This document shows, piece after piece, positions 48,524 through 56,587 of a stretch of DNA of 64,000 nucleotides (its first letter is position 1; the number at the start of each line of letters is the position of its first letter). The notes below the pieces were generated by a model. That model worked only from the letters and a program-made list of their open reading frames with translations. It was not told the DNA's origin and did no database searches. Both the position numbers and the translations under genes were made by a program. Origin of the DNA: a virus; the IMG/VR virus record IMGVR_UViG_3300030116_004952, positions 12,530 through 76,529 of that record; one strand, given 5' to 3'.

Positions 48524-49104
48524 GCCTTTAACCCTCAAACGTGCGTGTCCTAAGCATGACCATAAAAACTGCTTGGCTTCGGCCACTTTTTTAGCCCCTA
48601 CCCTCCCTGTGAATTAACAACCTATTATCGAAAGAACATATTGTTTAGTTAATTCAACAACCATATGGTATTGTTAATTTATGCGTTATGCATTGGGGTA
48701 TTATGCTATTATATGTAATCTATATAGATATTCTTAGAAATATATAGATATGACTCTTATTAAGTCGATTATAGCCAAAATAATAGCCCGTTAATCAATA
48801 CACCATAAATAAATTAAAACGTCGTTATGCACCATGCATTGGCATATTAACGCCCTATTATTCTAAATAAAAATAATACACAACCATATGGCTTTGTTCC
48901 AATTTTTATTTTTATATATGAACAATGCATCATTAAGCAATTAAGCTTCAATAATGCAATATTAATCACTTTAGCAGATATAATCAAGCCTAAACGACCT
49001 ATTTAGCATCAATGCTTTGAATTAGTTTGCAAGATATGGTTAAAATGTTAAACCTAACAATGCTTATAATATAGACTGAACTACCTTACCTTGAGGCAAG
49101 ATAT

Positions 49105-49332
49105 ATGCCAACAAAGGATGATGTAATTAGCAATATACAGACTATTACAAAACAAATGAACGAAATACTCCTTATAATAAAAGAAAACAAAAGAAAGGGT
49201 ATTAATGAAGGAAATAAGGTTAATTTATTAGCATTAAAAGAAATACAATCAAATTTAAATAGACTTAAAAAACAAGTTACTGATATTATAAATCCAAATA
49301 CTAGACAAACCAGTTTTGATGAATATAGATAA
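49105..49332 (+). CDS. Small coiled-coil protein
   Basis: GAGG upstream; 75 aa. Confidence 0.45.
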   Translation: MPTKDDVISNIQTITKQMNEILLIIKENKRKGINEGNKVNLLALKEIQSNLNRLKKQVTDIINPNTRQTSFDEYR

Positions 49333-49456
49333 ATAATTAAAAATAAATAATTAATTGTTAAGGTTTTATTCTGGAAATACAATTATTAACAAAAAATTAT
49401 AAACGCAAGTGCCGAAAAAATTCCAGCCCAAATTTTGAGAAATTTAAGGTGATATT

Positions 49457-49630
49457 ATGTGGAAAGACGAAATTAAGAAAAGAATTAAAGAAGGTGCTTT
49501 TGAAAATTTAACAAAAAGACACCTTAATGTTATTAATGCTATTATTAAATTATACAAGCAAGAAGGGCCAATTGATAAAGAACAATTAAAGCAAATTCTA
49601 AAAGATGATGATATGGTTCATTTACTTTGA
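49457..49630 (+). CDS. W-tag small protein (MWKDEIKK)
   Basis: Manual 57-aa ORF with GGTGA RBS, below the track cut-off. Confidence 0.6.
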   Translation: MWKDEIKKRIKEGAFENLTKRHLNVINAIIKLYKQEGPIDKEQLKQILKDDDMVHLL

Positions 49631-49639
49631 GGTGATGTT

Positions 49640-49924
49640 ATGTGGAAAGATGAAATTAAAAAACAGTCAGATAAAAAAATATCAAACGCATTTAGACCAT
49701 TACAAAAAGCAATCTTGCACTTAGAAGTATTAGGATATGATGAAATGCAAAATGCTATTGATGAACATTTTCCAATGAAATCATTAAATGTTGATGCAAG
49801 AGAGGTAATGGAAATTCTCAAAACGTATGTGAGCGCATTAATAAACCTTCAATATGTTAGTTCTAAAGAGTCTAAAACACGAAGCCCCATTGAAAGTAGA
49901 GATACTATGTTTTCGGATGATTGA
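49640..49924 (+). CDS. W-tag small protein (MWKDEIKK)
   Basis: GGTGA RBS; shared N-terminal tag. Confidence 0.65.
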   Translation: MWKDEIKKQSDKKISNAFRPLQKAILHLEVLGYDEMQNAIDEHFPMKSLNVDAREVMEILKTYVSALINLQYVSSKESKTRSPIESRDTMFSDD

Positions 49925-49928
49925 TATT

Positions 49929-50330
49929 ATGTGGAAAGATATAATTAAAAGCAATAGCAAAGAAGAAATTTTAGAGGGTCTTTCTATTCTACAACAGAAC
50001 ATTAAACCAGATATGATTGAACCGAGAGGCGGCCATACAATGATTCTTTCGGGAATTGTAAAGAGAGAACGTGTCTTAACCTTAGATAAGAACTTTGATA
50101 ATTTCTATTTTGGTAATATGCGTTTTATTTTTCAAATACCTTCAGAAGATACTTATTTAAATCGTTCAGAAATACAAGATAGAGTAGTTTCTTTTATTAA
50201 AGGACTTGATGCTAGTGATTTGAGAATTGATAGATATACAACTGAAAAATGGACTAGCACTAGTAAGGATAGAATAGTATTTAAAAAAGGCAGAAGTATG
50301 CTTACTATCGGAATGGAAAAAATTGAGTGA
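49929..50330 (+). CDS. W-tag protein (MWKDIIKS)
   Basis: Internal Met with the tag preferred to track start 49854. Confidence 0.6.
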   Translation: MWKDIIKSNSKEEILEGLSILQQNIKPDMIEPRGGHTMILSGIVKRERVLTLDKNFDNFYFGNMRFIFQIPSEDTYLNRSEIQDRVVSFIKGLDASDLRIDRYTTEKWTSTSKDRIVFKKGRSMLTIGMEKIE

Positions 50331-50335
50331 TTATT

Positions 50336-50845
50336 ATGAATTGGTTTGATTTACTTAAAGTTGATTTCTCCCCTTCTGATGCTATGGGCTTTATGGAGCA
50401 TTTACAAGATGAATTGGGTGGAGATATTGATATTGTAAAAAGGCCACCTATTACTACTGCTGGTGAAAAGAGATTGAAATCTCCAATTAGACAAGAAATA
50501 CACCTTAACTATGATGCTGGAAATGTTAAGTTAAAGCAGAATAAAAAGGGCGAATTTTTCATTTTTACTCACAATGGTTCATTTAATGAAGAAAAGAAAC
50601 TAGGAAGGCCAGTCTATAATTTAAAGAAAATTGTGGATGAATTACTTGAGTTTTTACAAGATAATGAAACCTTTGAAAAGTTTGATATTGATGGTCTTGA
50701 TTTTTCAAAGGCTACTCCAGAAGAACAACTTTCATGGTTTAATTCGTTAAAAGCGGGAGGTGCAGTAACTACTGCTACACCTTCAATTTATAACGTAAGA
50801 TATTCAAAGAAAAAGGAGGATGAAGAGTTTGGTCAAAAAGACTAA
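50336..50845 (+). CDS. W-tag protein (MNWFDLLK)
   Basis: Tag at start; second tag-like SWFNSLKA near the C-terminus. Confidence 0.6.
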   Translation: MNWFDLLKVDFSPSDAMGFMEHLQDELGGDIDIVKRPPITTAGEKRLKSPIRQEIHLNYDAGNVKLKQNKKGEFFIFTHNGSFNEEKKLGRPVYNLKKIVDELLEFLQDNETFEKFDIDGLDFSKATPEEQLSWFNSLKAGGAVTTATPSIYNVRYSKKKEDEEFGQKD

Positions 50846-51887
50846 GAAGAATGTTGTTTCTATGAATGGAACTACTGTCGAGTTTTCTCCTTATGAGTTC
50901 ATTAAGAAATATAATGACTGGAAAACAGATATGGCTGGTGTTTCTGCTGGTTCAATTTATTCCACTAAGGATTTACTTGAAACTGTTAGAGGCCATGTAA
51001 ATACTGCTACAAGAAGAGGAAGGTCAAAAAATTCTGGAAGCGAAGGAGCATTTAAAGTTCTTGATGAATTAGATGATTTAATTAGCGAAAAACAACAATT
51101 GTTTTTTGCAGATGCTTTAACTTATTTAAGAAAGTTTGAGGAATTACTTGAGTCTTTTCTTAAAAGTCCTACATTAAATCCCCAGAATGTTAAATTTACT
51201 AAGCCTAAAGGTTGGAAAACAAACAAAAAGGGAACTAGAATTATTATTACTGATGAAACTCCAGTAGACTATTATGGACATTTTGTTGATAGTGGGGATG
51301 AAAAAACATCTTATTTCCGAGCAAGAAATAAAATCAATGAAAAGAGTAAAAATAAATCAAGCATTAGTTTAAGTGAATGGGATGATAGTTGGTCAAGCGA
51401 TAAAAAGAATACAGCAAAACCTCCACTTTACATGGCACTTTATGAAGGATATAGTAAGTCTGATGGCTTATTGGAAATTATCAAAGAAGCAATAGAAGAA
51501 CTCGAAGGTAAAGACTACATTGTTAGGATTACAAGATTACGTCAAGCAAATAAAATAGCACAGATTCCTGAAATTAGAAGAGTTATTTCTGGTCTTTTGA
51601 AAAGAAGAGCATTGTTTGATGGTGGGAATTTTAAGACAAATAATGCAAGAACTGAACTTAAGAGTAAGGTTATTGAGTTAAGTGAAGATTCTGCTAAGAA
51701 ACTTAGCGTTATTCTTTATGGGGAAGTTCTTGCAGGTGATTTGAGCAAAGTTCAATTAGACTTGACAAAACCTGCTATGAAGAGATTAATTGAATTAGCG
51801 GTGGTTACAAGAACTTCTGAATTAAAAGATAGGAAATCACCGAGCGGAGAACCTATTGTTCTTAAATCATGGAAGATGATATTATGA
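50820..51887 (+). CDS. Hypothetical protein with C-terminal LKSWKMIL
   Basis: 355-aa ORF in the packaging block. Confidence 0.6.
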   Translation: MKSLVKKTKKNVVSMNGTTVEFSPYEFIKKYNDWKTDMAGVSAGSIYSTKDLLETVRGHVNTATRRGRSKNSGSEGAFKVLDELDDLISEKQQLFFADALTYLRKFEELLESFLKSPTLNPQNVKFTKPKGWKTNKKGTRIIITDETPVDYYGHFVDSGDEKTSYFRARNKINEKSKNKSSISLSEWDDSWSSDKKNTAKPPLYMALYEGYSKSDGLLEIIKEAIEELEGKDYIVRITRLRQANKIAQIPEIRRVISGLLKRRALFDGGNFKTNNARTELKSKVIELSEDSAKKLSVILYGEVLAGDLSKVQLDLTKPAMKRLIELAVVTRTSELKDRKSPSGEPIVLKSWKMIL

Positions 51888-52651
51888 GTTGGAAAGATAT
51901 TTTAAAGGGCGAAGAGATGCATCCTAGTGTTAGGAGATATTCTGAAAAAGGTAAAAAGGATATTGAAGAATTAACAACCAGAATAAAGGGATTAGAACAG
52001 ACTCTTACTAGAAACGGTAAGTATCGTATAGATGGAGATTATAAATTTGCAAAGTTAATTGCTAGAGGGAAGTATGGTTTTTGGGATGGTAAAGAAGTTA
52101 AACAGACAGAAGAAGATAAAAAACTTATGCTAGAAAGAGATAAATTACAACGAAGATTGAAAAATTTAAAGGACAAAGGAGAAAGTTATTCTGGAGAAGT
52201 GCCATACAAATACGGAGTAGGAACTACAAGAAGAAAACGACCTACTCCAACATCAATAAGGGAAATTGAACAGTATTTGCGACACACATCAAGACGACCT
52301 AAAGATTATAGAAAAGGTAAGTCTATGTTTGGTTATGGCGAGGATGAAGTAGGTAGTGATGAAGAAGATACTCAAGATGCACTAAGATTAATAGATGGTA
52401 AGAATGCATTCATTACTGCTGCTAAACGTGCTAAAAAAGATACTAGTCGAGACACTTATTATGACACAAATGCAAGAACCTTTGCATTTAGGTTGGGGGA
52501 AGTCTTAGATTGGAAGAAAATTGGGGAATACTATAAAGGTTTTCGTGATGACCACTTTCCATCATATTTATGGTATAGCAACAATAAAGAAGAAGCCATT
52601 AAAATAGCACAAGATATTATTGATGGAAAAGATGTCAAATTAAATCAGTAG
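51884..52651 (+). CDS. W-tag protein (MSWKDILK)
   Basis: ATGA overlap with the upstream stop. Confidence 0.65.
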   Translation: MSWKDILKGEEMHPSVRRYSEKGKKDIEELTTRIKGLEQTLTRNGKYRIDGDYKFAKLIARGKYGFWDGKEVKQTEEDKKLMLERDKLQRRLKNLKDKGESYSGEVPYKYGVGTTRRKRPTPTSIREIEQYLRHTSRRPKDYRKGKSMFGYGEDEVGSDEEDTQDALRLIDGKNAFITAAKRAKKDTSRDTYYDTNARTFAFRLGEVLDWKKIGEYYKGFRDDHFPSYLWYSNNKEEAIKIAQDIIDGKDVKLNQ

Positions 52652-53317
52652 GTGAATAAAATGGTTACTCGTAAGCGTTGTGGATTTTGCCAGCATGAGG
52701 ATAGAGAGGAACTTGAATCTCTATTAGAGACAGGACAAACCAGTTGCGACGTTTTAGACGCAAACAACGGTTGGAGAAGCGGAACTGCTTCACAACATCA
52801 AAGAAACCACATGGGTAATTATGAGATGAGTTCAAATCCTCGATGTGTTCTATGCACAGACCCTATGAGGAAACACTATGAAATAGCCCTATCTGAAGGC
52901 AATATCACAAGTGATGCAGTTTCCGAAGCATTAGGCACAACAAAACAACAGGTGCAACGGCACATGAAGCACCACTTAACGCCATTGGTGCAGAAATCTG
53001 CGGCCTCCTTGATAGCGAAAAAGGAAGTAAATGAAGTTGATTTACTTTCAGCGAATGTTCAACGCTTAGATATGAAATTAGATGAAGTATTCGCTATGGA
53101 TGATTTAGACCCAAAAGTGATTGATAGTTTGACAAAACTCGCAAGAGAGATTAGGGAGTCATTAAAGTATCTTATGGAGTTTAAAGGTAAATTGGTTCAT
53201 AAGAGACAAGATACAGTTATTTTCGCACAGATGCAAATTGTTCAAGAAGTGCTTGCTCAGAACAATCCTGAAGTTTGGCTTGAGATTAAGAAAGAAATGC
53301 AGGAGAGATTACAATGA
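52652..53317 (+). CDS. Duplicated C2H2/HTH-type DNA-binding protein, candidate terminase small subunit
   Basis: CGFCQH...HQRNHM and CVLCTD...HMKHHL repeats, then helical oligomerisation-like region; upstream of terL. Confidence 0.5.
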   Translation: MNKMVTRKRCGFCQHEDREELESLLETGQTSCDVLDANNGWRSGTASQHQRNHMGNYEMSSNPRCVLCTDPMRKHYEIALSEGNITSDAVSEALGTTKQQVQRHMKHHLTPLVQKSAASLIAKKEVNEVDLLSANVQRLDMKLDEVFAMDDLDPKVIDSLTKLAREIRESLKYLMEFKGKLVHKRQDTVIFAQMQIVQEVLAQNNPEVWLEIKKEMQERLQ

Positions 53318-53562
53318 ATTGGAAAATTATATTAAAAAACGAATATTATTTAGATTTTGAAGATTATGCATTAGATAAAAATTACAATGTTATAGAAGCA
53401 GATGATGAATATTCTACCTTTAAGTTATCAGAAAAAGATAAAAGAGAACTTAAAAAAATAGAAGAAAAACTAAGCGATAAACCTAAGATAGAAATTGAAA
53501 ATGCTTTAAGAAACAGAATAATAGAAATGGCTAATGAATATTTAAAATATAGAGATGGTTAA
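53314..53562 (+). CDS. W-tag small protein (MNWKIILK)
   Basis: Starts within repeat copy 1. Confidence 0.6.
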   Translation: MNWKIILKNEYYLDFEDYALDKNYNVIEADDEYSTFKLSEKDKRELKKIEEKLSDKPKIEIENALRNRIIEMANEYLKYRDG

Positions 53563-53581
53563 ATATGCAGGAGAGATTACA

Positions 53582-53941
53582 ATGAGTTGGGAAGAAATAT
53601 TAAAGAAAGAGTTATACACTTTTGATGAAATAAATCAGGAATGGGTTAATAGCAATACTCTTATGATTTTACAAGGTAGGCCAATGAAATATGTTACACT
53701 TTTTTATAGGGGCTTATCAACAAATTATAAAAAACCAACAATGATTGCAAGTTATGTTCAACGTAGTGGTAATACTCATTTAAGTATAGACGTTTATTTA
53801 AGTGATACAAATGACTTTCCGATAAATTCTGATTCTATTACATTTAATGAATTTAGTTTCGATTATGACGTAAAAGTTACTGAACAGGAAGTTACTGAAG
53901 ATGGGCTAAAAACAAGAAAAAAGGAATTTAAATTTAATTGA
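53582..53941 (+). CDS. W-tag protein (MSWEEILK)
   Basis: Starts within repeat copy 2. Confidence 0.6.
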   Translation: MSWEEILKKELYTFDEINQEWVNSNTLMILQGRPMKYVTLFYRGLSTNYKKPTMIASYVQRSGNTHLSIDVYLSDTNDFPINSDSITFNEFSFDYDVKVTEQEVTEDGLKTRKKEFKFN

Positions 53942-53957
53942 TGCAGGAGAGATTACA

Positions 53958-54185
53958 ATGAGTTGGAAAGAAGAAATTAAGAAAGAAGATGGTTTTTTAA
54001 TGAGAGTCTACGAGATGAACGTCAAGAAAGGAACAGGTAAAATTTCTGGACTTTATAAAACTAAAGAAACATTAAAAGAACAAATTCTAAAACATACGGA
54101 AAAGGGAGATGAATCAATGTCATTAGATGAACTTGTAAGGTTAAACTCGAATGTAGATTATCGAATGAGATTTGTTTATGAATAG
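53958..54185 (+). CDS. W-tag small protein (MSWKEEIKK)
   Basis: Starts within repeat copy 3. Confidence 0.6.
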   Translation: MSWKEEIKKEDGFLMRVYEMNVKKGTGKISGLYKTKETLKEQILKHTEKGDESMSLDELVRLNSNVDYRMRFVYE

Positions 54186-54194
54186 GTGATTAAA

Positions 54195-54389
54195 ATGAAT
54201 TGGGAAGATATAATTAAACTTAGTAATAAGGAAGTAGCCTTGACTATTGACCAATTAATTGAAGATGCTACTCAATTAAAACTCGCTGTTAATGCGGGAA
54301 TAGATAGGGTGTATCAAGAAAGATTTAAAGAATTAAAAATGGCTTTTGAAGATGTTTCTGATGATATGAAGAAATTAATGCAGGATTGA
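54195..54389 (+). CDS. W-tag small protein (MNWEDIIK)
   Basis: GGTGA RBS. Confidence 0.6.
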   Translation: MNWEDIIKLSNKEVALTIDQLIEDATQLKLAVNAGIDRVYQERFKELKMAFEDVSDDMKKLMQD

Positions 54390-54394
54390 TTGTA

Positions 54395-54688
54395 ATGAGT
54401 TGGGAAGATATATTGAAAGAATTTACACCCGATGAGGAAAGAAATGAATATTATAGAATAATGGACTTATTAGATTATATTATTGAAAACTATCCAGACA
54501 AGGCAAATAATGCTAGAAGCGTAAAGAAAGACGTAGAAAGAATAGTAGATGAATTTTATGAAACGAGAGACACAATGAAAGAAAAACTTTCGAAATTAGC
54601 ACAGTATATTACTAGAGGTAAAAGTAATACATTAAGAGATACCTATAATGAATATGTTGAGGATTTAATGGAAAGGCTATTTTACTGA
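54395..54688 (+). CDS. W-tag small protein (MSWEDILK)
   Basis: Degenerate repeat upstream. Confidence 0.6.
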   Translation: MSWEDILKEFTPDEERNEYYRIMDLLDYIIENYPDKANNARSVKKDVERIVDEFYETRDTMKEKLSKLAQYITRGKSNTLRDTYNEYVEDLMERLFY

Positions 54689-54707
54689 ATAAGAAGGAGA
54701 AATTACA

Positions 54708-54815
54708 ATGACACGCTGTAAATTACTCGACCAGTGGTTTGATGCAAAGTCTAAGGAATTAGATAAAGAAGAAGAAAAACAAAATAAAGATTTAATTACT
54801 GGTGAAAAGAAATGA
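54708..54815 (+). CDS. 35-aa peptide MTRCKLLDQWFDAK...
   Basis: AGGAG RBS; ATGA-coupled to the next gene. Confidence 0.45.
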   Translation: MTRCKLLDQWFDAKSKELDKEEEKQNKDLITGEKK

Positions 54816-56587
54816 ACTGGCAATTTATCTTAAAGGCTAAGCCATCGGCCAATACTATATTAGTCGAGATTATTACTGCCTTTGATGAATTGTATAATAA
54901 AATTAAAGTGGCCGATAAAAAAAGTAAGGCGACTGGTTCAAGTATTTTTAAAAACCTGTTTAAGGAAAATCCTGATTTAGATACTAATTTTGAAACTGTT
55001 AAAAAAGTATATGAAGAAAAGATGTTAAGTCAGATGTTATCTCCTGAATTGATAAATGAAGATGAACTTCTCAAAAGATTCTCTATGATTAAAGAATTAG
55101 TTACCCAAAAAACAAAACGAACCGACTATAACGAAGAATTTTTTCAAGAACTCTTCTCTTCTAAGAAAAATCCAACAAATATTAAAGAATTGTTGGTAAT
55201 TTATCAGAAAAAGATTGCTGATAGTGTTCCAGAAAGAACGAGACAACGATATACCGAAACAAATCAAGAAAATACTGCAAGAATACAGTCATTATACAAG
55301 AAAAATCAAGAAAAACCGACAGTTGAACAGTTTAGAAAGAACGAAGTGCCTAATTTTGACTACGTTTTGGTGAAAGTGATAGTCGAGGGCAAAGAAAAAC
55401 CCAAAAAAACGGGTTGGACAACCGATGGAAACGCTTTATTTAAGGTCTTTGAGGAAGATTCGGACAAAATTGAGTCGGAAGTAGCAAAAATTGACAAAGT
55501 TAAGGAAACAAAAGTCATTTTTTCACCAATTCGCAAGAATTTTGGCGAAAAAACCTCTCTCGAAATAGAAACTACTGCAAAAAACTACAATGCAGTAGAG
55601 ATAAATCAAGAAAATCTTGCAAATTACCTAGATACCTTCAGAAATATGCAATCAATGACAGATATTAAACCCCTTGACAAAGAAGTTTTTACTGCTAGTG
55701 CTGGAAAAGTAAAAAGTAAGGCATTATTTGGTGGACAAAAACTAACTAGCGTTCCAAAATTGATTGAAAATATTCTTTTGCTAGATAGTGTTTCTTTATT
55801 GAGTAGATATATACATCCACAATTAAAAAGTAGGCGGCAATATGGACAATTTTTCTTACATGGTAAAAATATCCCAGAAAAAGAACAAGATGCTATTCTT
55901 ACAGAATTTGTTAGACAATATACCATTCTTGAAAAAGAAGTTAAGGAAGGTAGAAGAGAATCTACTCAGTTATTAATAACAGATTATGAAACAGGTGATG
56001 ATGAGGAAATAAGTGAGAATATTGTTGTTAGTGAAGGCAATAGAACATTATATAATGAATTTAGTCGTGAATATAAAAACCTTCTACGAAATATTCAAAA
56101 TAATGAAGTAGATGAAGCATTCAATAGAGCAATAGAAGATTCTGAAACAGTATTTACTACGGCATTAGACACTATTATAGGTAAGGATGAAGAAGATGAA
56201 TACGAAGGAGTAAGTAATCCTAGTAGCATAACTAAAGAAGTAATGAAATTATCTAAATCTACTGAAGAATCTCTAAATATTCTTTTAAAAATTATACCAA
56301 TGTTAAGACAAGGTGTAGACGGCAATAGAGACTTTTATGATAAATTCGATGATTTCTATGATGAATTAGAAGAAGATTTTGAGAGCGTTGATGATAAAAA
56401 ATATGACGCAGACTTCAAGAAAATATTCTATGAGGCTCATCAAGTATTCAAGGATGCTTTTATTAAATCAGCCAATGAAATAATGCAAGGTATTGCCAAA
56501 AAAGAAGATGAAAAGTATTTTTCACTTGCAAATAACAGTAAATTTATAAGCAAGTTAGTAGAAAACAAATTGTTGGAGGAAGCCTAA
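54812..56587 (+). CDS. Large helical W-tag protein (MNWQFILKA), candidate internal virion protein
   Basis: 591 aa, E/K-rich, tag at start. Confidence 0.6.
   Translation: MNWQFILKAKPSANTILVEIITAFDELYNKIKVADKKSKATGSSIFKNLFKENPDLDTNFETVKKVYEEKMLSQMLSPELINEDELLKRFSMIKELVTQKTKRTDYNEEFFQELFSSKKNPTNIKELLVIYQKKIADSVPERTRQRYTETNQENTARIQSLYKKNQEKPTVEQFRKNEVPNFDYVLVKVIVEGKEKPKKTGWTTDGNALFKVFEEDSDKIESEVAKIDKVKETKVIFSPIRKNFGEKTSLEIETTAKNYNAVEINQENLANYLDTFRNMQSMTDIKPLDKEVFTASAGKVKSKALFGGQKLTSVPKLIENILLLDSVSLLSRYIHPQLKSRRQYGQFFLHGKNIPEKEQDAILTEFVRQYTILEKEVKEGRRESTQLLITDYETGDDEEISENIVVSEGNRTLYNEFSREYKNLLRNIQNNEVDEAFNRAIEDSETVFTTALDTIIGKDEEDEYEGVSNPSSITKEVMKLSKSTEESLNILLKIIPMLRQGVDGNRDFYDKFDDFYDELEEDFESVDDKKYDADFKKIFYEAHQVFKDAFIKSANEIMQGIAKKEDEKYFSLANNSKFISKLVENKLLEEA

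Larger units (their letters stand above)
44413..48891 (+). repeat. Dispersed array of CAACCATATGG(T) palindromic sites (8 copies)
   Basis: Copies start at 44413, 45022, 45724, 46473, 47084, 47826, 48658 and 48881 (last ends GGC); most are followed by CTTTG within a few nt. Confidence 0.9.
53297..53960 (+). repeat. 20-bp direct repeat ATGCAGGAGAGATTACAATG x3
   Basis: Exact copies at 53297, 53565 and 53941; degenerate copies near 54378 and 54695. Confidence 0.85.

Noticed and set aside
44413-48891. CRISPR array interpretation of the repeated palindrome
   Set aside because: Repeats are only ~12 bp and are separated by 200-830 bp gene-containing intervals; no cas operon.
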